Shown here: one piece after another, positions 42,427 through 52,087 of the stretch
How positions within the stretch are numbered: position 1 is the first letter of the stretch
How the letters are laid out: each line of letters starts with the position of its first letter
NCBI GenBank assembly: GCA_031265685.1
Contig: JAISCI010000102.1
Span: 339 to 64,338, forward strand
From: Clostridiales bacterium
GTDB taxonomy: Bacteria > Bacillota > Clostridia > Lachnospirales > WRAX01
Reading direction: 5' to 3'
DNA length: 64,000 bases
Position numbers and translations under genes: made by a program
Notes under the pieces: model-generated
The model's input: the letters and a program-made list of their open reading frames with translations, nothing else
Told to the model about the DNA's origin: nothing
Database searches by the model: none

Positions 42427-45009
42427 CTACTCCAGCGCGTATTTCAGGTCGTTTCCGTAATAGGCGAACCGCGCGGTATGCCCGTCCGCCAGCGTGATAT
42501 AGCGCACGCCGTCCAGCACGGACACGCCCGTCGCGCCCGCAACCACGTAGTACACGTTGCGCCCCTGCCGCCGGACGTCCGACAGCAGCTTGCGCAGAAG
42601 GTCCGCCTCGGCGCTCCTGGCGAACGCGGACGGCGGCAGCGGCGCGGTTATAACGACATTCTTGGCGGAACTCGCCGCGAGGCCCGAGCTGAGCCACCGC
42701 CATTGCGGCGCGTAAGTCTCGGTAAGCCCGCCCCTTGATGTGTCCAGCGTGATAAACAGCGTCTGGCCGTAAACGGACGCGGAATAACCGTAGGCGCTTT
42801 GTGGGGCGGCCGAGAACGCCCACTCGCCGGTCGCGCCGCCGTATATATCATAAAACGCCGCCGCGTCCGGAACGTCCGCCGGAGGCGTGTCGTCGAACAC
42901 GCCCGTTATGACGTCGATCAGCACAGCGCCCGAGACAGGTTCCGCCGTGCCGAGCGACACAACGTAGATACGCTCTATCTTAATAGGAAACTTCGCCCCC
43001 GCGGGTACGGCGGCGGTACAGAGCCGGTAGCCTGTCCAATCAAGCGTCCGAGCGAAGTCCAGAGTGTACTCGCGCCCGTCGGCGTCCGATATCCGCCCGC
43101 GCAGCCACAGCCCCGATCCGACGCCGTTCGCCTGAACCGACAGCGCGGACGTGCGCGGCGCTATCGTTATCGGCGGATCGAATACGGCATAGGCCGCCTG
43201 CGTTCCGCCCGAAGCCGGGAACGCGTATGACAGCCGGAGCGCCGTTTGGCCCTCGGCCGCCCATGGCGCGTAGTCCGCCGCCGCCGCGCCCTCCGGATAG
43301 GCGATGGCGGCGACGCCCGGCCTGCCCTCGAAGCTCGTCACGACGCGCGGCGAAATATCCGCCGTGACGCGTATATAACAGACCGCTCCGCCCGACCGGC
43401 ACTCGATATAGCCGTTGGCCTTCGCCGCCGCCGTGAACGTTCCGTCCGAAACCGTACCAAGCCATTCGGGAACCACGCGGCACTCCGGCGACACGGGCAC
43501 CAGCTGATTGTCGGTAGTCCGCGCCCACACGGAAAACGCCGCGCTCTGCCCCGCGCCCAGCCGAAGCTCGCCCGACGACGGCGTAAGCCCCGCCGCCTCG
43601 TACACAAACACCTCGGCCTGAGCCGTGATCCCGGCGTATTCGGCGGTTATGACAGCCTTCCCCGTCTTGTCCGGAATGAACCAATTACCGTCAAAACCGC
43701 CGCCGTCCGACGAAAGCCTTATGTCGGATACCGGCGCCTCGATCCTGCGGTTATACGCGTCGGCGCCGTAAACCGTCAGCCCGACGGCGTTCCCGCGTAT
43801 CGCGTCCTTTACCCACGGCGATACAACGAGTCTTGTCATAGGGCCGACCGGCGCGTTCACGAATATGCCCAGAGCGTTGATAACGGGCCGCTCCGCTCCG
43901 TCCGACGGCTTGTTGACGAGCGCCGCCGAATCCGCGCCGGTCTTACGGACGGCCATGGCCGTCGATCCGCCGCCGTCCATCGCGAGCGCCTCATACGCGC
44001 CGTACTCCAGCATCAGCGCCGCCAGATCCTCCCTGTCCGCGCCTACGCTCGCCCCGCGTCCGTCCACCGCCATCAAAATCAATTTTTCGCGGTCCGCCGT
44101 TATGCCGACGGCGGTGCGCGGGTTAAGTCCCGAGGGTATCTCGCCGCCGTCGCTAACTATAGCGCCGCGTTCGAGCAGCTTACCGCCGCCCGTTATCGCC
44201 GATTCGATCCCGGACATATCCACGGAGGCGGAGACGCCCAGCACGCCGCGCTGACCGACGGCAAAATACCGCAGGTACCGTTCGGCGGTCAGCGTGTCCA
44301 TAGCGACGACGAAGCCGTCCGAAGGCACCGCGACGCTCTCGCCCTCACCGGATATGTACGTTATGATCTCGCCCTGGCAAACGATCTTATATATTCCCGG
44401 AATCCGCGCGTCCAGCGATTTTGTGTCGTCCATCGCCGCGCGGGTTATCACCGTCGGGTAGTTAAGGTTCGCGCCCGCTATGTTTATGTTGTCCACGTCC
44501 AGCGTTATCTGGCCGTTGTTGAAAAACGACACCTTGGAGCTTATGTATGATATGAGCGGACTTTCGTCTTTATCTATAACGAGCGAAGCGTTTGCGCCCG
44601 CGTCCCGGTTCGAGTTCTCGGTCAGCGAGAGTATCTCCCCGCCGGAGACCGTCAGCCCCATCGGAATCGAGTATTTACCCGCGGTTCCGAAGAAATCGCC
44701 GTTTACCGCCGCCGCCGCGCCGCTCTGATTCGCCAGCGCCGTCACGGTCTCTTTCAGGTCCCAGTCCTTCCCGGACATTATCGGCCTCGCCGATATGTAC
44801 GGATCGCTTATGTCCGCCGTCAGCGTGTATACATAGAGTATGCCGGCGTCGGTGGCGCGCTCGGTCTTCTCGTAGACCAGCCCCGCGCCCGGCGCGTCGG
44901 TCTCGGCGCGCTTGTAATATGTAGTACCGGCGAAAGCCGGGGGCGCCGCCGCGAATACCGCCGCGAACGCCAGCGCGAAAGCCGCCGCAAGGCCGGAGAG
45001 CTTATTCAT
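42427..45009 (-). CDS. secreted phosphodiester glycosidase (NAGPA-domain) family protein
   Basis: 860 aa. Signal peptide, then AAVNGDFF and ALAMDGGGSTAM motifs of the NAGPA/exopolysaccharide uncovering-enzyme family, followed by Ig-like repeats. Confidence 0.75.
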   Translation of the reverse strand: MNKLSGLAAAFALAFAAVFAAAPPAFAGTTYYKRAETDAPGAGLVYEKTERATDAGILYVYTLTADISDPYISARPIMSGKDWDLKETVTALANQSGAAAAVNGDFFGTAGKYSIPMGLTVSGGEILSLTENSNRDAGANASLVIDKDESPLISYISSKVSFFNNGQITLDVDNINIAGANLNYPTVITRAAMDDTKSLDARIPGIYKIVCQGEIITYISGEGESVAVPSDGFVVAMDTLTAERYLRYFAVGQRGVLGVSASVDMSGIESAITGGGKLLERGAIVSDGGEIPSGLNPRTAVGITADREKLILMAVDGRGASVGADREDLAALMLEYGAYEALAMDGGGSTAMAVRKTGADSAALVNKPSDGAERPVINALGIFVNAPVGPMTRLVVSPWVKDAIRGNAVGLTVYGADAYNRRIEAPVSDIRLSSDGGGFDGNWFIPDKTGKAVITAEYAGITAQAEVFVYEAAGLTPSSGELRLGAGQSAAFSVWARTTDNQLVPVSPECRVVPEWLGTVSDGTFTAAAKANGYIECRSGGAVCYIRVTADISPRVVTSFEGRPGVAAIAYPEGAAAADYAPWAAEGQTALRLSYAFPASGGTQAAYAVFDPPITIAPRTSALSVQANGVGSGLWLRGRISDADGREYTLDFARTLDWTGYRLCTAAVPAGAKFPIKIERIYVVSLGTAEPVSGAVLIDVITGVFDDTPPADVPDAAAFYDIYGGATGEWAFSAAPQSAYGYSASVYGQTLFITLDTSRGGLTETYAPQWRWLSSGLAASSAKNVVITAPLPPSAFARSAEADLLRKLLSDVRRQGRNVYYVVAGATGVSVLDGVRYITLADGHTARFAYYGNDLKYALE

Positions 45010-45019
45010 CCGATCCCCC

Positions 45020-45547
45020 CTAATCCGCTATCGTATACCCGCCCTTTACCAGGAACCACGCGTCGGTCATAGCGGTTACGCCGCGCCCGTCGCCCCTGGG
45101 CACTATTATGATGTTGTTGATCTCGACCTCCGTGCCGTTCATGATCTCCGATCCGTCCGTGGCGTTGACCAAGCCGTTCGCGCCCGGCGCCCGGCCGACC
45201 GCTTTGCCCGAGCGGAGCAGAATCTCCGCGCCCTCCGCGCCCAGTATCGTCTGACCCGCCGAAGCGAATACGGGCGTATACGCCGCGGCCTGAATCCTGG
45301 AGCCGTAGATCTGCTCGACGCGTCCCAAGATTTCGGAGAGCAGCGCGTCATTATCCGCCGAGCCGGACGTTCCGCCGCCCTGCCCCGCGATCGCCTTGAC
45401 TTCCTCGATGCGTTTGTCCACGTAACTCTTAGAGACGAGCGGGTCGCTCGAATCGCCCGGCGCGCTCCATACGCTTGCCGCCGCCAGCGCCGAAACCGAC
45501 ACCGTCATGGCCACGGCTACGGCCGCCGCCGTTTTTTTATACCTCAT
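45020..45547 (-). CDS. secreted hypothetical protein
   Basis: I trimmed the track ORF to the ATG at 45547, giving 175 aa. The signal peptide is MRYKKTAAAVAVAMTVSVSALAAAS. Confidence 0.6.
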   Translation of the reverse strand: MRYKKTAAAVAVAMTVSVSALAAASVWSAPGDSSDPLVSKSYVDKRIEEVKAIAGQGGGTSGSADNDALLSEILGRVEQIYGSRIQAAAYTPVFASAGQTILGAEGAEILLRSGKAVGRAPGANGLVNATDGSEIMNGTEVEINNIIIVPRGDGRGVTAMTDAWFLVKGGYTIAD

Positions 45548-45593
45548 AGTAAATCCTCCCGTGTTTCTGACTTCCGCGGCGTCCTGCCCGCCG

Positions 45594-46472
45594 CTAGATG
45601 GATGCGCCGCCAAAATCAATGGTACCCTGGAGCGAACAGACGCCCATGAAGCGCATACCGTTCATCGGCATCCCCACCAGGTCGTGCGCGTTGACAAGGG
45701 CGCTCAGAGGAACGCCCGTAACGTTCAGCTTGAGTGAGTATACATATTCCCGCGTTATGCGGTTCCGCTTCTTCTCGAAGGAAATAATGTCGCCCAGCGC
45801 CGCGAACGCGCTGTCCTTGTCGCCGAACGGCAGCAGGTACCCCTCGAGCACGGACAGTATGTCTTCGTCGCGGAAACGCTCGCGGACGGCTTCGGCCATG
45901 GCCTCGGCGCGGGCGTACAGCTCGCGTTCGGCGTCCTCATCGCCTTCGCGCGCGCGGCGGATCAGATCTCGTTTGATCTCGGCTTCGGATTCGCGCTCCC
46001 TCTCGGCGTCCTCGTCGCGAAGCACCGGGAAGAGCACGCTGCCGACCTCGCACAGCCCGGCGACGTTCGCGCGGCAGGAGGCTAGTTCGCGGCGGCCGGT
46101 GCCGCGGATAAAGGCGTTGTACTCGGTTACGTTATTCAGTCGGAACTCGAACTCCTGACCGGAATCGGAGTGCTCGCAATAGGCGAATACGTCGCCGTTC
46201 GGGAAGCGCTCAAAATCGACCCGCTCGATGGAGATGGCCTCGTCGCTGCGCGCGAAAGCGTTCCAGCGGCGCACCTTTACGGTATCGTTCTCCTGCCGCG
46301 TGCCGTAGACGATCAGTCCGAAGTCGTCGCCGGCGTAGCCGTACTGCTCGACCAGGTTCTTATGGCAGAAGAAACTGTCCGGCAGCATGGTTATGCGACG
46401 CAGAATCTCGCTGATGTCCTTGCGGCGCTTCTCAATGGATTTGAAGCCGACGGCGCTCAAGTTTCTGGTCAA
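45594..46472 (-). CDS. hypothetical protein with a central acidic coiled-coil
   Basis: 292 aa with coding-like composition. I do not recognise a motif with confidence. Confidence 0.6.
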   Translation of the reverse strand: MTRNLSAVGFKSIEKRRKDISEILRRITMLPDSFFCHKNLVEQYGYAGDDFGLIVYGTRQENDTVKVRRWNAFARSDEAISIERVDFERFPNGDVFAYCEHSDSGQEFEFRLNNVTEYNAFIRGTGRRELASCRANVAGLCEVGSVLFPVLRDEDAERERESEAEIKRDLIRRAREGDEDAERELYARAEAMAEAVRERFRDEDILSVLEGYLLPFGDKDSAFAALGDIISFEKKRNRITREYVYSLKLNVTGVPLSALVNAHDLVGMPMNGMRFMGVCSLQGTIDFGGASI

Positions 46473-46483
46473 TGGAATCAGTC

Positions 46484-47752
46484 CTAACGGATTTCGTCAA
46501 TGCCCATATAGGGTATCAGCGCGTCCGGCACGCGTATCGAGCCGTCCTCGCGCTGGAAATTCTCGATTATCGCAGCCGTCGTCCGCCCCGCCGCCAGCCC
46601 CGAGCCGTTGAGCGTGTGGACGAGCGCCGTCCTGCCGCCCGCGTCCCGGTACCTTATCTGGGCACGCCGCGCCTGGAACGACTCGAAGTTGGAGCAGCTC
46701 GAAATCTCGACATAGCGGTTGTAGCTTGGCATCCATACCTCGATGTCATACGTCTTGGCGGACGAGAAACCCAGATCGCCGCCGCACAGGCAAACCACGC
46801 GGTACGGCAGGCCGAGCAGCCGCAGTATATCCTCGGCGTCGCCGGTCAGGCTCTCCAGCTCGGCGTAGGAATCCTCCGGCCGCGCGAACTTGACCAGCTC
46901 GACCTTGTTGAACTGGTGCTGACGGATCAGGCCGCGCGTGTCGCGCCCGGCGGAACCGGCCTCCGCGCGGAAACACGCCGAATACGCGCAGTATTTAATG
47001 GGAAGCCTCGCCCCGTCCAGTATCTCCTCGCGGTGCATATTGGTGACGGGCACCTCCGCCGTCGGGATGAGGAAGTAGTCCGTCCCGGCCACCTTGAACG
47101 CGTCCTCCTCGAACTTCGGAAGCTGACCGGTGCCCTGCATCGAGCGCCGGTGCGCCATATACGGCGGGAACACCTCGGTGTAGCCGTGCTTCCGCGAGTG
47201 CGTGTCCAGCATGAAGTTGACGATGGAACGCTCGAGACGCGCGCCCAGCCCTTTGTAGAACGTGAACCGCGCGCCGGTGACTTTTGCGGCGGCTTCGGCG
47301 TCGATTATGCCCAGTTCCCTGCCGAGATCCCAATGCGGCTTCGGCTCAAAGGCGAACGCGGCCGGATCGCCGACCCTGCGCAGCTCGGTGTTGTCCGCGT
47401 CCGAAGCCCCGGCGGGAACAGACGCGTGCGGCGCGTTGGGGACGTTCAGCAGAAAGTCCTCGGCGGCGGCCTCGACTTCGCGCAGCCGGACTCCGAGCAT
47501 CGCGGCTTCGTCCGAGATCACCTTCATCTCGGCCAGCAGTTCCGAAACGTCCTCCCCGTCTTTGCGCATCCGCGGTATCCGCTTGCTGGCCTGATTCTGC
47601 CGCGCCTTAAGCGCGTCGGCCCGGACAATAATCTCCCGTCGCTCCCGCTCAATGTCCAGGAACGCCTCCAGCCCATAATCCTTGCCGCGCTTATCAAGCG
47701 CCGCTTTGACGCCGTTGAAATTGCTCCGTAATTCTTTTATATCAATCAAATT
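46484..47752 (-). CDS. serS: serine--tRNA ligase
   Basis: I trimmed the track ORF to the TTG at 47752 (GGGAGG-N7-TTG), giving (M)IDIKELRSN..., the normal SerS N-terminus. Class II motifs include [25 protein letters not shown] and ENFQRE. Confidence 0.9.
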   Translation of the reverse strand, partial: NLIDIKELRSNFNGVKAALDKRGKDYGLEAFLDIERERREIIVRADALKARQNQASKRIPRMRKDGEDVSELLAEMKVISDEAAMLGVRLREVEAAAEDFLLNVPNAPHASVPAGASDADNTELRRVGDPAAFAFEPKPHWDLGRELGIIDAEAAAKVTGARFTFYKGLGARLERSIVNFMLDTHSRKHGYTEVFPPYMAHRRSMQGTGQLPKFEEDAFKVAGTDYFLIPTAEVPVTNMHREEILDGARLPIKYCAYSACFRAEAGSAGRDTRGLIRQHQFNKVELVKFARPEDSYAELESLTGDAEDILRLLGLPYRVVCLCGGDLGFSSAKTYDIEVWMPSYNRYVEISSCSNFESFQARRAQIRYRDAGGRTALVHTLNGSGLAAGRTTAAIIENFQREDGSIRVPDALIPYMGIDEIR

Positions 47753-47777
47753 ATATGCCTCCCGATTGTTTATTGGC

Positions 47778-47806
47778 ATTATAGCATTCAATTAGGAAAG
47801 ACGCAA
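47778..47806 (-). promoter_or_regulatory. sigma-70-type promoter of serS
   Basis: On the minus strand: TTGCGT, 17 nt spacer, TATAAT (with TGC immediately upstream), about 25 nt upstream of the TTG start. Confidence 0.5.
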
Positions 47807-47848
47807 GAGGGAAGAGATGAGTTTGTCACGGCAAAAAGCCCAAACAAC

Positions 47849-47879
47849 AAAAAGCGCCCGCCGACACTCGGCGGGCGCT
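47849..47879 (-). terminator. rho-independent terminator of trpS
   Basis: On the minus strand: agcgcccgccg-agtg-tcggcgggcgct followed by TTTTTGTTGTTT. Confidence 0.8.
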
Positions 47880-47908
47880 TACGGCATTGCGCCGTAATAC
47901 CGGACCTT

Positions 47909-48913
47909 TCACGCGCTGAACCCCACGGCTCTCTTGACCCTCGCTATCGTGGGCGCGGCCAGCGCGGCGGCCCGTCCGGCGTTCGCGCGGATGATCCCGT
48001 CCAAATACCCCTGATCCGCCAGAAGCCGCTCGAACTCCTCCCGCAGCGGCTTAAACGCGGCCACGACGCTCTCCCCGACGGCGGCCTTGAACGCGCCGTA
48101 GCCGAATCCGGCGAACTCGGCCTCGGCCTCGGGTATCGTCCTGCCCGTCATCGCGGCGTAGATCGTCAGCAGGTTCGAGACGCCGGGCTTGTCCGCGGCG
48201 TAGCGCACATCCGCGCCCGAGTCGGTCACGGCGCGCTTGAATTTCTTCATTATAATATCCGGCGGGTCCAGCAGCGAGACGACGTTGCCGGGGTTCGCCG
48301 TATCGGACTTGGACATCTTCTTATCCGGCTCCTGCAGGCTCATTATCCGCGCGCCCACCTCGAGGATATATCCCTCCGGGATCGTGAAGATATCGCCGTA
48401 GAGGTTGTTGAACCGCTCGGCCACGTCGCGCGTCAGCTCAATGTGCTGCTTCTGATCCTCGCCGACGGGCACCAGATCCGCCTGATAGAGCAGTATATCC
48501 GCCGCCATCAGCACGGGATACGTGAACAGCCCGGCGTTGATGTTGTCGGCGTGGCGCGCGGATTTGTCCTTAAACTGCGTCATGCGCGACAGCTCGCCCA
48601 TGTAGGTGTGGCAGCCGAGTATCCAAGCCAGCTCGGCGTGCGCCGGAACATGCGACTGGAAATAGACGACATGCTTCTCGGGGTCGATGCCCGCCGCCGC
48701 GAGAAGCGCGAACATCTCGACGGCCTTCCGGCGCAGTTCGTCCGGGTTCTGGCGCACCGTCACCGCGTGCATGTCCACGACGGAGAATACACATTCAAAC
48801 CGCCGCGACAGCGCCGCCCAGTTTTTTATAGCGCCCACATAATTGCCCAGCGTCGGGTATCCGGAAGGCTGTATGCCCGAGAATATCCTCTTTTTGTCAG
48901 ACAATCCCATCAA
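47909..48913 (-). CDS. trpS: tryptophan--tRNA ligase
   Basis: 334 aa. GIQPSGYPTLGNY (HIGH-region equivalent) and KMSKS. Confidence 0.95.
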   Translation of the reverse strand: MMGLSDKKRIFSGIQPSGYPTLGNYVGAIKNWAALSRRFECVFSVVDMHAVTVRQNPDELRRKAVEMFALLAAAGIDPEKHVVYFQSHVPAHAELAWILGCHTYMGELSRMTQFKDKSARHADNINAGLFTYPVLMAADILLYQADLVPVGEDQKQHIELTRDVAERFNNLYGDIFTIPEGYILEVGARIMSLQEPDKKMSKSDTANPGNVVSLLDPPDIIMKKFKRAVTDSGADVRYAADKPGVSNLLTIYAAMTGRTIPEAEAEFAGFGYGAFKAAVGESVVAAFKPLREEFERLLADQGYLDGIIRANAGRAAALAAPTIARVKRAVGFSA

Positions 48914-48917
48914 TCCT

Positions 48918-50750
48918 CTACTCTTTGATATACCACTCGGCCACGTTGTCGAACAGACCGCCCGGCACTCGGCGTATATCCGCGGCGACGCGCGAATTCA
49001 TCACCACGGCGGATCCGCGGAACGCCAGCGGCACGAAAGCGCGGCTTTCCCCAATATACCCCATTACGGCGCCGACCGCCTCCTCCCGGCCCGCTATCGG
49101 CGCGGAGAACGCTTCCTTAAGCAGCCTGTCCAGATCAGCGTCAACCAAGTCGGAATAATTCGTCCCATCCTTGGAATTGCGCGAATGGAGCAGGAACGAC
49201 AGGTCCGGGTAGACGCTCATATTGATACCGGCGATATACATATCAAACTCGCGCGCGCGCAGCCGCGTTTCAAACTGGGCGAACGGCAGTTTCACGACGA
49301 GTACGTCGAAACCCGCCTGACGCATATTGTCCGCTAACCCGGCGGCGACGGCGGCGCGCTCGGCGTTCTCCTCGTTGACGATCAGCGTCAGCGAGAGCGT
49401 CGCCGCGACATTTTCCGGCTCGGGCGGCTCGGATGACGGCGGCACGGCGGTCTCTTCCGGCGCTTCGGCCTCTTCCGGAGCTTCAATCGGATCCGGAGTC
49501 TCGGACGGTTTCACCACCTCGGTTTTGGGGACGATCTTGGAGCGCGCGCCGGATTCCCCCGGTGTCCAGCCATCGGCGTCGAGTATGGCAGCCGCGCGGG
49601 ATATATCCGGCGCGGTGGGAGCGTCGCCCGAATACAGCCACGAACCTGGATTGACGGGTATGGACACGACGCTCGCTCCGCCCGAATAGTCCGCCGGCAG
49701 CGCGTCGAACGGCACGCACAGCGCGACGGCTTCCCGCACGGGCTTATCGGCGAATACGGGATTGTTGTAGTTGAAGCCGATCATATCAAAATACTGCGTC
49801 GTATACTCATAAACGCTGTAATCGGGCTTGCCGGTATAGCGCCCCCAATCGGCTATGCCGCCGTCGCAGACGTCGATAAGCCCCGCCGTAAGCGCGTCGT
49901 AATCCGTCTCCGCGTCCGGCGTTATTATGACCTCGACCTCCGGGATATATGGCCGCGACCCTCCCAGTTCCGCGGCGGCGAGTCTCATGCCCTCGCCCGC
50001 CGTGTACGAAACGAACGTGTAGTACCCGATTCCGACGGGGTTCATGTCCGCCTCGGTTACGGGCGCTGGCGTCTCGGCGGGTTCGGGGGGAGGGGATTCG
50101 CCCGGCTCGGGCGTCGGGGTCGGCGCGGGGGTGGCGGGGGCGTTTTTCCCGTAGTAATGCGCCGGGATTACGGGAAAGCGCAGGTCATAATCCGCGCCCG
50201 AATACGCCGAAACCAGCCCGATGGCGACGGTCAGCGAGTCCAGCTTGTCGTATGATTTGACGTTGCGCGCACCGGACTTGTAGATCGCTCCGGCGGGCGC
50301 GCGCTTAAGCGCGTCGAGCGTATAGATCAGATCGTCGGCGCTCAGCGGCTTGCCGTCCGACCACGCCGCGCCTTCCCGGAGCGTGAGCGTGACGGTGCGC
50401 CCGTCCTCGGAATACTCGACGGAACTGACGAGACGGCTGTTGGGATACGGCTTCAGGTTCTCGTCCAGCAGCATGAGCTTCTGGAACACAAGAGAGAGAG
50501 CCGCGTCCACAGTCTCGTCGGTATTGTTGATCGGGTTCAGCGTCTTGGGCGCGCGCATGGACAGCCGCAACGCGCCGCCCCGGACGGGTCCGGCCGGCGC
50601 GGCCGGCGCGGTCGTCACCTCGGGCGGCGGCGAAGCGGCGGCTGACGGCGAAGGGGACGCGTCCCCAATAACCGCGGGCGCCTGGCAAGCCGACAGCGTC
50701 GCCGCCAACGCCAGCAGCAATGCGGGGAATACTTTCCTCATTGACTTCAT
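48918..50750 (-). CDS. ABC transporter substrate-binding lipoprotein (peptide/nickel family 5-like)
   Basis: 610 aa. Lipobox LAATLSAC, a Pro/Ala linker, and an SBP_bac_5-like body with an internal Pro/Glu-rich insert. Confidence 0.75.
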   Translation of the reverse strand: MKSMRKVFPALLLALAATLSACQAPAVIGDASPSPSAAASPPPEVTTAPAAPAGPVRGGALRLSMRAPKTLNPINNTDETVDAALSLVFQKLMLLDENLKPYPNSRLVSSVEYSEDGRTVTLTLREGAAWSDGKPLSADDLIYTLDALKRAPAGAIYKSGARNVKSYDKLDSLTVAIGLVSAYSGADYDLRFPVIPAHYYGKNAPATPAPTPTPEPGESPPPEPAETPAPVTEADMNPVGIGYYTFVSYTAGEGMRLAAAELGGSRPYIPEVEVIITPDAETDYDALTAGLIDVCDGGIADWGRYTGKPDYSVYEYTTQYFDMIGFNYNNPVFADKPVREAVALCVPFDALPADYSGGASVVSIPVNPGSWLYSGDAPTAPDISRAAAILDADGWTPGESGARSKIVPKTEVVKPSETPDPIEAPEEAEAPEETAVPPSSEPPEPENVAATLSLTLIVNEENAERAAVAAGLADNMRQAGFDVLVVKLPFAQFETRLRAREFDMYIAGINMSVYPDLSFLLHSRNSKDGTNYSDLVDADLDRLLKEAFSAPIAGREEAVGAVMGYIGESRAFVPLAFRGSAVVMNSRVAADIRRVPGGLFDNVAEWYIKE

Positions 50751-50792
50751 CCTATCTATTATGTCTATATCAAACAGGCCGCGTGGCGACCG

Positions 50793-51368
50793 CTACGCCT
50801 CATCACCCAGTATAAACCTGTAAATCTCCAAATTAAACCGCACGCGCCGCAAATAATTCTCTGTCTCGCGGAAGGGCGCGGACGTCAGCCGAACGCCGTC
50901 GGCGGAATACGCCGGATTTTTCAGCCATTTCGACACGTTGCCGCTCCCGGCGTTGTACGCGGCCAGCGCCGTGTCCGTGTCCCCGAACTGCGCCGTCAGC
51001 CGCGCCAGCAGCCAGCAGCCGATCCGTATATTGATCTCCGGCTCGCGGACGCGCGAGTAGTCGTAGCCCGGGATACCGATCTCTGCCGCCGCCCAGTCCG
51101 CCGAACCGCGCACGATCTGCATAAGCCCGCTGGCGCCCTTCCGTGACAGCGCGGCTTCGTCAAATTTCGACTCGGCGTGGATGACGGCGCACACGAGCGA
51201 CGGAGCCAGCCCGTATTCGGCGGCGTACTTCCGTATAATCCCGATGTGTTTCAGCGGGTAGTACCACGAAAACGCCCAGCACGCCAAAAGCAGCAGCGCG
51301 GCTATGACGGCGGCCGCGGCGGCGGGCTTCCGAAGCCTCCGCAGATCTATGACTTTAGACATTCTCAT
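50793..51368 (-). CDS. lytic transglycosylase (SLT-domain) protein
   Basis: 191 aa. N-terminal TM helix, catalytic AVIHAESKF, GLMQI, AYNAGSGNV. The start codon abuts a repeat terminus (ggaattagtATG). Confidence 0.85.
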   Translation of the reverse strand: MRMSKVIDLRRLRKPAAAAAVIAALLLLACWAFSWYYPLKHIGIIRKYAAEYGLAPSLVCAVIHAESKFDEAALSRKGASGLMQIVRGSADWAAAEIGIPGYDYSRVREPEINIRIGCWLLARLTAQFGDTDTALAAYNAGSGNVSKWLKNPAYSADGVRLTSAPFRETENYLRRVRFNLEIYRFILGDEA

Positions 51369-51475
51369 ACTAATTCCATTCTAAAGTTTCTGAAATGTTT
51401 CAGCCCGCGCGTGAATCGCCGAGCGGACACGAAGTATCTTGAAAAAATTTCAGCGCTGTCTAAGTGGAATTAGTA
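51367..51475. repeat. family-A palindromic element
   Basis: atactaattccatt / tctgaaatgtttcag / GC core / ttgaaaaaatttcag / aagtggaattagtac. The coaE reading frame ends inside it (…SGTNST-stop). Confidence 0.85.
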
Positions 51476-52062
51476 CCGCTCGCGAGCAGTCTCATAACCT
51501 TCTCCGCCAATTCGCCGACGCCTCCGTTATTATTGATAATCACCGCGCCCCGCGCCCTTGGCGCCGTTTCCGGGGACTGCCGCGCGTCGATCGTCTCGGC
51601 GCGTTCCGCCCCCGTGCTGTCGCGCCGCGCCGCGCGCTCGATCCGGACGCCGCGCTCGGCGGTGATAACCCACACCTCCGCGCAGACGGCGTCAAGCCCG
51701 CTCTCGTAAAGAAGCGGCGCGTCGATTACGAACAGGCTGACCGCCGGATCGTCTTTCGCGGAGCGGAGCAGTTCGAGTATACGGGCCGTGATATGGCCGT
51801 GCGTAAGCCCCTCGAGCTTTTTAAGCGCGGAGACGTCGCGGAATACGATTTCGCCCAGCCCGAGCCGGTCGATCTCTCCGCCCGGCAAGAGTATCCCCTG
51901 CCCGAACGCCGCCGCGACGCCGGCGTATGCCGCTCCGCCCGGCGCCGTAACCTCCCGCGCGATCTTATCCGCGTCCGCTATAACCGCGCCGCGCCCGGCC
52001 AGCATCGCCGCGACGGTGCTCTTGCCGCCGCCTATACCCCCGGTCAGTCCGATAACCCGCAT
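51460..52062 (-). CDS. coaE: dephospho-CoA kinase
   Basis: 200 aa. N-terminal GLTGGIGGGKST P-loop. The last ~5 codons are repeat-encoded. Confidence 0.9.
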   Translation of the reverse strand: MRVIGLTGGIGGGKSTVAAMLAGRGAVIADADKIAREVTAPGGAAYAGVAAAFGQGILLPGGEIDRLGLGEIVFRDVSALKKLEGLTHGHITARILELLRSAKDDPAVSLFVIDAPLLYESGLDAVCAEVWVITAERGVRIERAARRDSTGAERAETIDARQSPETAPRARGAVIINNNGGVGELAEKVMRLLASGTNST

Positions 52063-52087
52063 TATTTGCTCCTCTGCTGAAACAATG

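Noticed and set aside
47753-47908. Expected T-box leader upstream of serS (and upstream of trpS at 48914).
   Set aside because: The 156-nt trpS-serS gap is fully explained by a strong terminator plus a TTGCGT-17-TATAAT promoter only ~25 nt from the start. No specifier or T-box sequences are present. trpS starts 4 nt after the upstream gene.
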